The position numbers and the translations under genes were made by a program. A stretch of 64,000 nucleotides of DNA. It comes from Candidatus Gottesmanbacteria bacterium (GTDB lineage: Bacteria; Patescibacteriota; Microgenomatia; 2-02-FULL-39-11). Below the pieces are notes generated by a model. That model made no database searches and was not told the DNA's origin. It was given only the letters and a program-made list of their open reading frames with translations. Below are positions 48,430 through 57,667 of the stretch, in pieces. Where the stretch lies: assembly GCA_016195685.1 (NCBI GenBank), contig JACPZE010000020.1, positions 21,725-85,724 of the forward strand, given 5' to 3'. Within the stretch, counting starts at the first letter, position 1; the number at the start of each line of letters is the position of its first letter.

Positions 48430-50004
48430 ATGCTAGAAAAACTGAAACGAATATTTACAAAAGAAACATTTATTGTAGCAATAGTCATATTTACTGCTAT
48501 CTTTTTGGCTAAATTTCCGACCTTATACCACTGGTTAAATACGCCAACAGGATATTGGTATCCCAAACAATCTTCTTGGTATGATGCCTGGGACAGCAAT
48601 TTCCAGGTATCGTATATACGTTTTGGACAAAACCATGGAATGATGCTGGAGAATACTTATACTACGATGCCTCATCAAGGGGTGTTTATATACCAGTATT
48701 ACACTTTACTGGGAGTCCTAAACAGATTTCTAAAACTGGATCCGTTCATCCTGTACCATCTGGCAAGTATAGTGACGAGTATAGTACTTATATTCGTTTG
48801 CTATAAATTAGTGCGTACTTTCGTACAGGATAAAATTAGCCGAATCTCAGCTTTCATCATGATAGTTCTGGGAGGAGGAGTGGGATGGATTCTCCCAAGT
48901 TTTCAATCAGCGGATAAAAATCTGGCCGGATTTACGATGGTGAATGCTTTTGAGCGGGGCCATGACGGACTTAGTACTATATTTCTCATTCTGACTTTAC
49001 TTTTCCAATATAAATTTCTGGAAAGCAATAGAAAGAGATTTATATTTTACTCCATTCTGTGCGGCTTTCTCAGTATCACTTTGCATCCGCCGTTGGCTGC
49101 CTTGTATGTTCTTTCGGGGCTACTTTTTACTATATGGGAGTTCCAAAAGAAAAAATCTATAAAGAGCTTGTTTATCCCGGTAGGGGTTGTAATACTATTT
49201 GGAATATATTTTCTGACAGTACTGGAGAAACTACTCGTAAATCCGGCATTTTCTTCTCAAGTGACGCAAAATTTATACAGTGTGGATAGTATAAATTTGC
49301 TATTGGGATTTGGAATCATTTCCTTTTTCACTCTTTATAGTCTTTTAGCAAATTTCCAAGATGATTTAAAAGTATCTGCGCTCCGAATTTTTTTCTTTGT
49401 ACAGATATTCCTTCTCTTGTCTCCACTCGGTACCCATCTTTATTTTGCAAAGGGACTTCATGTCTGGGTGGTGTTATTATCTGTGTTTGCGATAGAAAAA
49501 CTGATTCGTTCAAAAAGATGGAAATTTTTGGTTCTTACAATAGTAGTAGTATTTTCCCTTATAAACAGATTCTATATTTTTAACGACCTGATGCAGGATA
49601 AAACAAACAATCCCTTTGTTTATTTAAGTAGCTCGGAAGGTGAGGCGATCAATTTCATATCTACATTGCCGAAGGATCAGGGTGTAATTAGTCTTTATAA
49701 AATAGGAAATTATATCCCCGCCCATTCTGATCTGAGGGTTTACTATGGTCATAAATATCAAACACCAAATAGCGCTGAAACATTGCGTAAGGCACAGACA
49801 TTCTATACGTCGATGGAGGAAGTAGATCAAAGAAAATTTTTAGCTGACAATCATATAGATTATATTTACTACGGTTGGGAAGAAGCGAATCTTCGGAAAG
49901 ATAGCAAACTTGATCCCGTAAATCCCTTCTCTTATTTTCCTGTATTATTTAGTAACGATGCGGCTATCGTCTACTCAACATCGCAATCTGCCCAGCTCAA
50001 ATAA
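48430..50004 (+). CDS. polytopic membrane protein, tandem paralog B (GT-C-like candidate)
   Basis: Same architecture and long blocks of identity with 46830-48398 (KFPTLYHWLNTPTGYWYP...). The start is reassigned to the in-frame ATG at 48430, downstream of the paralog A stop. Confidence 0.5.
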   Translation: MLEKLKRIFTKETFIVAIVIFTAIFLAKFPTLYHWLNTPTGYWYPKQSSWYDAWDSNFQVSYIRFGQNHGMMLENTYTTMPHQGVFIYQYYTLLGVLNRFLKLDPFILYHLASIVTSIVLIFVCYKLVRTFVQDKISRISAFIMIVLGGGVGWILPSFQSADKNLAGFTMVNAFERGHDGLSTIFLILTLLFQYKFLESNRKRFIFYSILCGFLSITLHPPLAALYVLSGLLFTIWEFQKKKSIKSLFIPVGVVILFGIYFLTVLEKLLVNPAFSSQVTQNLYSVDSINLLLGFGIISFFTLYSLLANFQDDLKVSALRIFFFVQIFLLLSPLGTHLYFAKGLHVWVVLLSVFAIEKLIRSKRWKFLVLTIVVVFSLINRFYIFNDLMQDKTNNPFVYLSSSEGEAINFISTLPKDQGVISLYKIGNYIPAHSDLRVYYGHKYQTPNSAETLRKAQTFYTSMEEVDQRKFLADNHIDYIYYGWEEANLRKDSKLDPVNPFSYFPVLFSNDAAIVYSTSQSAQLK

Positions 50005-50006
50005 AT

Positions 50007-51167
50007 ATGCATTGGTCGAGTTCTCTTAAACAAGCTATCATCACTGCCGCGATTTTTACTTTCTGGATGCATTTCGTGGTTTATATGATAGGCAGTATTC
50101 TTTTGGGATTGGTTAAACCTCTTCCTTATTATCTAAATAATATGAAATTGGTAGAGCTTATTCCGCAAGCAAAAAACACAGGTTGGTATACGATGGTTCA
50201 CCCTTTGCAGAGATTTGATGGGCTTTGGTATAAGGAGATAGCACTACAACATTATTTTAAAAATCCCAGGAGTACCGCATTTTTTCCTCTATATCCCTTT
50301 ACTATAGAACTAATTATGATGGCAACTGGTTTCTCATTCGAACAGGCTGCTTTTGTTTTTAATTCAATTCTTCTTTTTATCTTTTTTATCCTTATATACT
50401 TTCTGGCAGCACAAAAATTCCATCAGGCAAACCCATGGCATTCTGTAGTCATCTATGCCTTTTTCCCTACAAGCTTTTTCTTACTAGCCCCTTATGCTGA
50501 TATTTTAATGCTAGATCTGATACTTTTTTCTCTTTTTGCAGCTTACGGGAAAAAATATTTTTTATCCAGTCTGGTAGCTGTACTGGTTGTAATGACAAAG
50601 CCGTTTGGGATATTTTTCATTATTCCCCTTATATACCTTTTTTATAAATCCGCTAAATCCCCCAAATTAAAGCTTATGCGACTATCTTATCTCCTCCTTT
50701 TACCGTGCGCATTTATGATTGTGGTTTTTTACCAGGATTTGATGTCAGGGACAATTGCATCTACCTTCAAATCCCAAAGTTATTGGGGAATGAAATTCAC
50801 AACTCCTTGGGGGATTGTGAAGGATTTCCTTCACATATTGAAAACATCATATAGTCTACCGACACATTTGAACTTTATTTTAGCAGTCGCTGGGTTATAT
50901 CTTCTTTTTATATCAAAAGGAGTGATCCCAAACGAGCTATGGATATATTCCTTCGTTCTCTATATGGTATTCGTATTTACATCTACAAAGTATGGCTCGA
51001 TTCCCTTTTTTAGTTTTTCAAGATATGCACTTATGCTTTTTCCCTTGTTTATTTATACAGCCAGCATAAAAGTACAAAATATAATCAAGTCTTTCTATAT
51101 AGGTATAAGTTTATTATTATTAGTAATCTTTTTCATATTTTATACTGTAGGATTTTTTGTTGCGTGA
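50007..51167 (+). CDS. polytopic membrane protein (unknown, glycosyltransferase-like topology)
   Basis: About 10 TM helices with no soluble domain. Contiguous with the paralog pair. Confidence 0.45.
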   Translation: MHWSSSLKQAIITAAIFTFWMHFVVYMIGSILLGLVKPLPYYLNNMKLVELIPQAKNTGWYTMVHPLQRFDGLWYKEIALQHYFKNPRSTAFFPLYPFTIELIMMATGFSFEQAAFVFNSILLFIFFILIYFLAAQKFHQANPWHSVVIYAFFPTSFFLLAPYADILMLDLILFSLFAAYGKKYFLSSLVAVLVVMTKPFGIFFIIPLIYLFYKSAKSPKLKLMRLSYLLLLPCAFMIVVFYQDLMSGTIASTFKSQSYWGMKFTTPWGIVKDFLHILKTSYSLPTHLNFILAVAGLYLLFISKGVIPNELWIYSFVLYMVFVFTSTKYGSIPFFSFSRYALMLFPLFIYTASIKVQNIIKSFYIGISLLLLVIFFIFYTVGFFVA

Positions 51168-51235
51168 TGACAATCTATTCTTTATTTATTATATCAATAA
51201 ATATCAAATAGTATCAAAAGATGGAATTTCGCATC

Positions 51236-51264
51236 TTGACAAGACGCGCATGATTAGATAATAT
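51236..51264 (+). promoter_or_regulatory. sigma70-type promoter
   Basis: TTGACA-N17-TAATAT, upstream of the 51304 CDS. A hairpin CCCAAAGC-N5-GCTTTGGG (51276-51296) sits between the promoter and the start. Confidence 0.45.
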
Positions 51265-51303
51265 CACCTAGCTTGCCCAAAGCTGTCCGCTTTGGGATTT
51301 ATT

Positions 51304-51927
51304 ATGGCTACAACAAAAGACGTAAGTAGACTAGATCCAGAAGTAGTTATACCAAAAATCAAAAACTTCAAACAGAAGCTGGGTGATTATATTGCTCAGA
51401 AAAAGAGATTTGTCATTTTACTAGTAATTATAGGGGTAATCCTTCTTTTCTTCGGATATAGACAGGTCCTGAAAAATTCCCGATCAAATTCAACTGCTAA
51501 AACAGTCACGGTCCAGATGGATAAGAGTTTCACTTTTGCTGCTTTGAACAATCAAGGTAAACCTACAAGTGCCAAAATCAAACTCAGGATTGTTGATGCT
51601 CAAAAAACAGACCAGGTTCTCGTGAAGGATCAGACTTACAAAGCCACAAATAACAAATTGTTTCTTATCTTCAATTTGGAATTGAAAAATGATGAAACTA
51701 CCCCACAAAATATAATGCCTGGGGATTTGGTCCGCCTAGCAGTAGCAGGAAATGAAGACACCAGGTTCGCACCGGATCTGCATAACAGTCTGGTAGGGAT
51801 AGCAGCAATATCTACCAAAAATGATCGAGTGGGATTTGTCATTCCACAAGATGCGAATAAATTTAAATTATATATAGGAGAGTTAGAGGGGAAGAAAGAA
51901 GAGATAAAGGTGGATTTTCCCTCTTGA
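51304..51927 (+). CDS. membrane-anchored hypothetical protein
   Basis: One TM helix followed by a beta-rich extracytoplasmic domain. The start is set at the first ATG; the ORF track used an upstream TTG. Confidence 0.4.
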   Translation: MATTKDVSRLDPEVVIPKIKNFKQKLGDYIAQKKRFVILLVIIGVILLFFGYRQVLKNSRSNSTAKTVTVQMDKSFTFAALNNQGKPTSAKIKLRIVDAQKTDQVLVKDQTYKATNNKLFLIFNLELKNDETTPQNIMPGDLVRLAVAGNEDTRFAPDLHNSLVGIAAISTKNDRVGFVIPQDANKFKLYIGELEGKKEEIKVDFPS

Positions 51928-52032
51928 CAAGCTAAGCCAATATTTTTTATATTGCAAGTGTTAAATAGGAAAGTATAAAAAAAGTTAATCTGCTGCCCCA
52001 GAAATAAATTCCTGTCCCCTGTCTATAAATAT

Positions 52033-52242
52033 TTGATCACATCCTGCTCAACAGCTCACTGTAAAATGGTTGATCATTCAAGCATAAAGATTACTAGAGA
52101 TTTGGTAGTAGAAATCAAGCAAGCACTCAAAAACGTAAGAGGTTGGGGTAGTGTGGAGATTTTTGTGCAAGACCATAAAGTGACACAGATAACAGAAAGA
52201 AATATAAAGAAAACAAATTTGAGTATAAAAGATTTAGATTAA
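52033..52242 (+). CDS. small DUF2292/YezD-like protein
   Basis: GWGSVEIFVQDHKVTQITE resembles the YezD family core. The start is uncertain; the alternative is the Met at 52066. Confidence 0.4.
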   Translation: MITSCSTAHCKMVDHSSIKITRDLVVEIKQALKNVRGWGSVEIFVQDHKVTQITERNIKKTNLSIKDLD

Positions 52243-52263
52243 TCAGATTACCGACCGCCAACG

Positions 52264-52314
52264 GAGGTAAGGAATCCTTGATTTATAAGAATCGGGAACC
52301 TTACCTCTTTTTTA
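52264..52314 (+). terminator. intrinsic terminator
   Basis: GAGGTAAGG-N26-CCTTACCTC followed by TTTTTTAT. Immediately 5' of it lies the 14-mer ACCGCCAACGGAGG, which recurs at 57512. Confidence 0.6.
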
Positions 52315-52442
52315 TTTATGAATATTGAATTTGTGAAATTTTTGACAATCCCGATCTGATCGGGAAACAAGGCCGAAAACCCATCCTAGGCAGAGGGCAG
52401 TAAGTCTTGCATTCTTTCAAAGAAAGGAGGTGAATATAATTT

Positions 52443-53648
52443 ATGAAAAAAATAGCAACATTAGTAGGAGCTGCAGCATTACTCGCTGCAACCCTAGTAC
52501 CAGCACTAGCTGTAAATAGCTGTGGAAACAGCACCACAGGTCCAGGTTCTAATAACACTTGTACCGTGACTAATACCAGCAACGTGTCGGTAAATAATGT
52601 GAATGATGCTCAGATAATAAATAATGTTAGAACATCATCTAATACAGGGGGAAATAGTGCCTCAAACAATACATTGGGAGGTTCTATCGTTACTGGTAAT
52701 GCTTCACTAAACACTACAGTTTCATCTGTAGCCAACGTGAACACTACCAACGTAACTGCTGGATTTGGAGGAGGTAACAATATGGGAGGCAACTCCGTAA
52801 CTGGACCTTTCTCAACAAATAATGCATTTATCACCAATGGTTATCGTGTAGATGCATACAACAGCAATACCGCCACTGTGAAAAATGATGTAAATACAAC
52901 AGCTGATACCGGTAACAATAGCGCAGACAACAATACTGGTCCAGCAACTATCCGAACAGGAAACGCATGGTTAGGAACTGGAGTTAACAATCATGTTAAC
53001 GACAGCCTGACACAAGTGGCTTTGGGTGGTGCTTCTGGAAATAACACAGCATTTAACAGCACTACTGGACCTTTCTCAGCTAACAACGCAGTAGTTACTA
53101 ACTCAGCTAATGTGACACTCAACAACGTGAATGACCTACAGGTCACCAACTGGGTTAATGTGCTTGCTAGAACTGGAAGAAATAGCGCCTCCAACAACAC
53201 GTTGGGTGGTGATATTACTACCGGAAATGCTACAGGTGGAGTTGTTGTAGGTACCGAAGGAAACATAAATACATCCTCAGTAGCTATGGCTTTAGGTGGC
53301 TTTGCCAATAACGCCAGCAGTAACGTGACAGGTCCTAGCTCTGACAACAATGCATTCATCACCAATGCTCAGAATGTAGTGGTTGACAACTGGAATGACA
53401 AATGTAGATCACACAACGCTGATAGGTTGACAGATCCTTTGTATCGTGACGGTGAAACTGGCAATAAGACGAAAGATTGTGATCCAGCAAACCTAGGTGT
53501 ATTGAATGATGTGTTTGCAAGCTCAGATGCTGGAAACAGTACGGCTAACAACAACACAGGGCCAGGTAGCGTGATGGCTGGATGGGCATCACTAGTCCAA
53601 AACGTTCTAACTCATCTTAATGACAACTTGAACGTTATCGGATTATAA
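52443..53648 (+). CDS. secreted N-x-S/T sequon-rich repeat protein (4 tandem repeats of about 88 aa)
   Basis: Signal peptide. Repeats begin at GPGSNNT, GPFSTNN, GPFSANN and GPSSDNN with a 264-nt period. The shared core is TG.NSA.NNT.GG.I.TGNA. Confidence 0.65.
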   Translation: MKKIATLVGAAALLAATLVPALAVNSCGNSTTGPGSNNTCTVTNTSNVSVNNVNDAQIINNVRTSSNTGGNSASNNTLGGSIVTGNASLNTTVSSVANVNTTNVTAGFGGGNNMGGNSVTGPFSTNNAFITNGYRVDAYNSNTATVKNDVNTTADTGNNSADNNTGPATIRTGNAWLGTGVNNHVNDSLTQVALGGASGNNTAFNSTTGPFSANNAVVTNSANVTLNNVNDLQVTNWVNVLARTGRNSASNNTLGGDITTGNATGGVVVGTEGNINTSSVAMALGGFANNASSNVTGPSSDNNAFITNAQNVVVDNWNDKCRSHNADRLTDPLYRDGETGNKTKDCDPANLGVLNDVFASSDAGNSTANNNTGPGSVMAGWASLVQNVLTHLNDNLNVIGL

Positions 53649-53771
53649 AGTTTGCCATCCCTTTCTTTTGGTGGGGATCCTTCCTAGGAATTGGGTCCCC
53701 ACCAGGAAAGACAAAATGTTTCCTGAATTCAATTCAGGATTTAGTCAATTAAGAATAGTTTATTATTATAA

Positions 53772-56192
53772 ATGTATAAATTAAGAAAATTTATAAGTCT
53801 GACGCTTATTTTTACCCTCATGTGGATGAGGGTATTGGTCGTGTTACCGGCTGCTTTTGCAGATGCTCCTGCTGTACCTACGGCTCCGACAGCGCCAAGT
53901 GCACCTACTGCACCTTCAGCTCCGACGGCTCCTTCTGCGCCTACTGCACCAAGTGCACCGACTGCGCCATCTGCCCCATCTGTGTCAAGTAGTCCACAGC
54001 CAACAGCTCCGTCTGCACCCACCGCTCCGGCTTTGCCAACCAGTGGATCTCAAAACACCACAACGTCATTGCCTACCAGTCCGCCGGAGCCTACTGCTCC
54101 TTCTTCAAATACAACTAATTCGTTAAGTGGACCAGATACAAGTAACCAAACTGGAAATTCTACGGCAGGTCCAAATTCGTCTCCTACAGGTGGTTCTGGG
54201 GATCAAAATACAAATATTAATCCTTCCGGTGATAGTAATAGTTCGTCTTCTGGGAATGTAAATGATCCGGCAAATATAAATACAGGACCTGCATCACAAA
54301 ATGCTGCTTATGAAAATCTGAATAAGAAAATGGAAGTGATGAACGAAAATCTTGCCCAATTACAAAACAAGGTTGATGCTGTTTCTGTAAGCGGATTTAA
54401 CTATGCGAACTTTAATACTTTGGATGGAAAAGTTTTTACCGGAGATACAGTTGCTACCACAAATCTCTTAAATAAGCTCAATAGTAATATGACAGGGGTT
54501 GGAGGATTTTCCGTATTTAACGTATATGGTAAATACTTAAACGATATAGTTTTCCAAATGGCCGATGGATCTGCAAACGGATCATTTAGTAATGCTTCCC
54601 CCACAGTTTCCAAAAATGTGACTACCGGTCCTGGGTCATCAAACCTAGCTGATGCTTCAAATAATTTCACCGTAAAAGAAGCCAATGGCAATGATGCGAC
54701 ACTAAATAATGATATAAACCTGAAAGCTGTATCTGGCGGAAACAGTGCTTCATATAATACAGGTAACGGAATCGTAAAGACAGGAAATGCTACGGCTGTC
54801 GGAAACGTAGTGAACATGACAAATACGAATTTAAATGTATCTCAATGGTTATGGGGAGTAGTCAATATTTTTGGAGATATGATTGGAAATATAATTCTTC
54901 CGAAAGATTCCACAAATTCAGGAAGTCCAACGGTTGCTCCTACTGCGTTAGTTGAAAATAAAGGAACAGGTCCATTATCCAATAATACTGCCAACTATAC
55001 ATCTACTGAAAATAATACTTTTGACAATAACAATACAGCTAATATAACAACCGCTGTAAATGCATCGGCAAATAGTGGAAATAATACAGCTGGAGCTAAT
55101 ACAGGAGGAGGATTTGTAGGGACGGGTGATACAAATGTAGCTGTAAGTAATTCAGTAATAGCCAATTCCAATACAGTAAAAGACGACGGTACCGTCTGGA
55201 TGGTGATCGTAAACGAAGCAGGTAAATGGGTAGGGCATATAATAGGGTCCCCGTGGGGTGCGACAACCGCTTCCAATACTTTACCTGTAGGACAAACTAC
55301 CAGTGGTGCCGGATCACAAACTTATACCGTCAATTCGCAGAATACAGGCACTGGTCCTTTGTCTGACAATACGTCTAACTATTCAGAAAACAATACTACA
55401 AATGTGACCAACGATAATACAGCTTCGATAGATAACAAAGTGACTGTATCTTCCGATACAGGCAATAATACCGCTTCAGATAATACAGGAGCTGGAGTAA
55501 TCCTGACAGGCAATGCCACTGCTGGGTTAAATGTAGTAAATATGGCAAATACCAACGTCACAGCAAAGAAATTCATTGCAATACTCGTAAATGTCTTGGG
55601 TTCTTGGTTGGGAGATGTAGTTACGCCAGATACAACCCAATCTACAGGCAATCAAACGAGTCCTGGGATAGGTGGTACTGAAATCATTGTTCTACCCACT
55701 ATTGCTCCATTGCCTACGATTCCTGCAGTTACTGGTAATAATTCTACCGATACTTCTGCAAATCAAACTCAAACTGCCGGTAATACGATCGGTAATACTA
55801 CTAGTACGGCCACATTTACCAATTACGAACCACAGACAGCTGTAAATTATGTTTATGTTTATCCTCAAGCTTATACACAAGCTGTAAATCAGGTGAATAA
55901 TGCCAGAAGAAAAGTATGGTTAACAGGGAAGACGATGAATCCATCTATGCCACAACCTTCTACTATCCAACAGCAAAGTAGAGTTATAACACGCGGACTA
56001 TTTTTGTCTGCAGCTTTTGCGAAAGCCACAGAAAGTAGTTTCCCCGGAGTCTTATTGGGTGGAGCATCGTTAAATGTGACGAGTTCATGGTTATCCATAA
56101 TTCCGTTTGCGTTATTCATATTTATTCTTCGCAGAAGGAAGAAATTTAATTTAGAAAAATATCTGAATATGTTGTTATCTATCGTTTTGTAA
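53772..56192 (+). CDS. large secreted N-x-S/T sequon-rich repeat protein with N-terminal APS/APT tandem repeats and C-terminal TM anchor
   Basis: Signal peptide. (PTAPSA)n repeats, then at least three TGP[GL]S.N...NTG.G..TGNAT repeat units. The C-terminal hydrophobic helix is followed by RRRKK. Confidence 0.62.
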   Translation: MYKLRKFISLTLIFTLMWMRVLVVLPAAFADAPAVPTAPTAPSAPTAPSAPTAPSAPTAPSAPTAPSAPSVSSSPQPTAPSAPTAPALPTSGSQNTTTSLPTSPPEPTAPSSNTTNSLSGPDTSNQTGNSTAGPNSSPTGGSGDQNTNINPSGDSNSSSSGNVNDPANINTGPASQNAAYENLNKKMEVMNENLAQLQNKVDAVSVSGFNYANFNTLDGKVFTGDTVATTNLLNKLNSNMTGVGGFSVFNVYGKYLNDIVFQMADGSANGSFSNASPTVSKNVTTGPGSSNLADASNNFTVKEANGNDATLNNDINLKAVSGGNSASYNTGNGIVKTGNATAVGNVVNMTNTNLNVSQWLWGVVNIFGDMIGNIILPKDSTNSGSPTVAPTALVENKGTGPLSNNTANYTSTENNTFDNNNTANITTAVNASANSGNNTAGANTGGGFVGTGDTNVAVSNSVIANSNTVKDDGTVWMVIVNEAGKWVGHIIGSPWGATTASNTLPVGQTTSGAGSQTYTVNSQNTGTGPLSDNTSNYSENNTTNVTNDNTASIDNKVTVSSDTGNNTASDNTGAGVILTGNATAGLNVVNMANTNVTAKKFIAILVNVLGSWLGDVVTPDTTQSTGNQTSPGIGGTEIIVLPTIAPLPTIPAVTGNNSTDTSANQTQTAGNTIGNTTSTATFTNYEPQTAVNYVYVYPQAYTQAVNQVNNARRKVWLTGKTMNPSMPQPSTIQQQSRVITRGLFLSAAFAKATESSFPGVLLGGASLNVTSSWLSIIPFALFIFILRRRKKFNLEKYLNMLLSIVL
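53870..53995 (+). repeat. tandem 18-nt (Ala-Pro-Ser/Thr) coding repeat
   Basis: Repeated gcNccNacNgcNccNtcN units encode APTAPSAPTAPS... The antisense ORF 53741-54022 is a by-product. Confidence 0.6.
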
Positions 56193-56263
56193 TTTGGGGT
56201 TTATCCTGAGTGAATTAAAGGGTTTACCCTGAGCGAATGAAATGAGCGAAGGGAGGTGAATAT

Positions 56264-56791
56264 ATGAACAAAATTATAACAATTGCAGTTTTTATCTTTA
56301 TCTTGCTGATGTTCTTTCAGATTAGTACTGGTAGCTCGGTTAAGGCAGATTGGTGGATACGGCCTACAGCACAACCGACACAGCCCAGTTTTGATAGAAA
56401 TTTGGAACCAACGACTGTTGTTCATCCAACTGTAGCACCTACGAGTGAGCCGGTTCAACCGACGGTAACACCGGGGACCGTACCGACTAATCCTCCTTCG
56501 CAAGGTGGAACTGGATCACCAGACGGTGGCGGATCAAGTAATAATAATCCTTGTGCTGCCGGTCAGTCATATGTTGGACCATACTGTGGATGGTCACCAG
56601 ATGTAAATCATAGTGGTGGAGGAGGTGGAGGTAGTTCTGAATCACCAAGAATAGGAGGGCCGCAAGTATTAGGTCTTTCAAATACTTCCAGTAGTGATGT
56701 GGCCTTTTCTGATATAATGATTCTTGCCGGAGTATTATGTCTGCTAGTGTACACAAGATCAAAGATCACCACAAACAGTCAGTCACATTAA
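56264..56791 (+). CDS. small secreted Pro/Thr- and Gly-rich protein with C-terminal hydrophobic anchor
   Basis: Signal peptide, PT-rich segment, a GGGGGG run and a C-terminal TM helix. AGGGAGGTGAATAT ribosome-binding context. Confidence 0.5.
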   Translation: MNKIITIAVFIFILLMFFQISTGSSVKADWWIRPTAQPTQPSFDRNLEPTTVVHPTVAPTSEPVQPTVTPGTVPTNPPSQGGTGSPDGGGSSNNNPCAAGQSYVGPYCGWSPDVNHSGGGGGGSSESPRIGGPQVLGLSNTSSSDVAFSDIMILAGVLCLLVYTRSKITTNSQSH

Positions 56792-57411
56792 AAGAACTCC
56801 TAAAAGACGAAAAAAAACGTGTGCGTTTATATTTTCTCTTATCAGGGGTTCTTTTGGTTATATTGGGATTATTGCTTTCCAAGTCTCATAAAAATATAGA
56901 AACCAATCAGAATAAAACTGTAATCATCACTTCGACTTTAGATATCGATACATTTGCCCAAGAACCGGTAAAAATAGATAAAGCCTTAACTACTATCGAT
57001 AAACAAAACGATCAAAAGGCAAAAAATCCTCCCGTGCGTCTCACTATACCAGCCCTTCAGATTGATCTTCCCGTGAAGGAAGCAAAAGTGGTGAAAGGAT
57101 ACTGGGAAGTTTTCCCAGATAGCGCAGCTTTTGGTTTAGGCTCTTCTTACCCGGATGAAGTGGGAAATGAAGTGATATTTGCCCATGCAAGGGATGGTCT
57201 TTTTGCACCTCTGAGAAATGCGAAAGTGGGTCAAAATATAACCGTATTTACCAAAGATAAATGGTATTCTTACAAGATAAATGCAATTAAAGAAGTATTA
57301 CCAAATCAAACGGACGTTATCGGTCCTTCCAAAGATACTGTTTTGACACTTTATACCTGCAGCGGATTTTCTGACAGCAAAAGATTGATAGTGACAGCGC
57401 AAAGAATATAA
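56737..57411 (+). CDS. sortase (transpeptidase) family protein
   Basis: N-terminal TM helix. The His motif VIFAHARDG and the catalytic TLYTCSG (TLxTC) with a downstream Arg (VTAQR) are present. The start may be internal to the ORF-track call, because the 5' end overlaps the upstream gene. Confidence 0.78.
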   Translation: MSASVHKIKDHHKQSVTLKELLKDEKKRVRLYFLLSGVLLVILGLLLSKSHKNIETNQNKTVIITSTLDIDTFAQEPVKIDKALTTIDKQNDQKAKNPPVRLTIPALQIDLPVKEAKVVKGYWEVFPDSAAFGLGSSYPDEVGNEVIFAHARDGLFAPLRNAKVGQNITVFTKDKWYSYKINAIKEVLPNQTDVIGPSKDTVLTLYTCSGFSDSKRLIVTAQRI

Positions 57412-57462
57412 CCGAAATTTCTTTTGATACAGTTTAAGCTAATCTATTACAAATCCTCATAG

Positions 57463-57490
57463 TTGACACAAAATTTCAACGGAATAGAAT
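57463..57490 (+). promoter_or_regulatory. sigma70-type promoter
   Basis: TTGACA-N16-TAGAAT, about 200 bp upstream of the 57668 CDS. Confidence 0.5.
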
Positions 57491-57610
57491 AAAACCAATT
57501 TAATATATCCTACCGCCAACGGAGGGGAAATACATTCTTAAACGAAATCAAAAACTAAAATTATGATTCTGTCTATCCCCGTTAAAAGTATTACCCTTAG
57601 GAGATAAAAC

Positions 57611-57631
57611 ACCGCCACAAGGCGGTTTTTT
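57611..57631 (+). terminator. leader terminator/attenuator hairpin
   Basis: ACCGCC-ACAA-GGCGGT followed by TTTTTT, 36 nt before the start codon. An upstream copy of ACCGCC lies in the 14-mer at 57512-57525. Confidence 0.5.
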
Positions 57632-57667
57632 GATGGCAAGAAGCGGATACTGTTCGCTGTATTTTAT

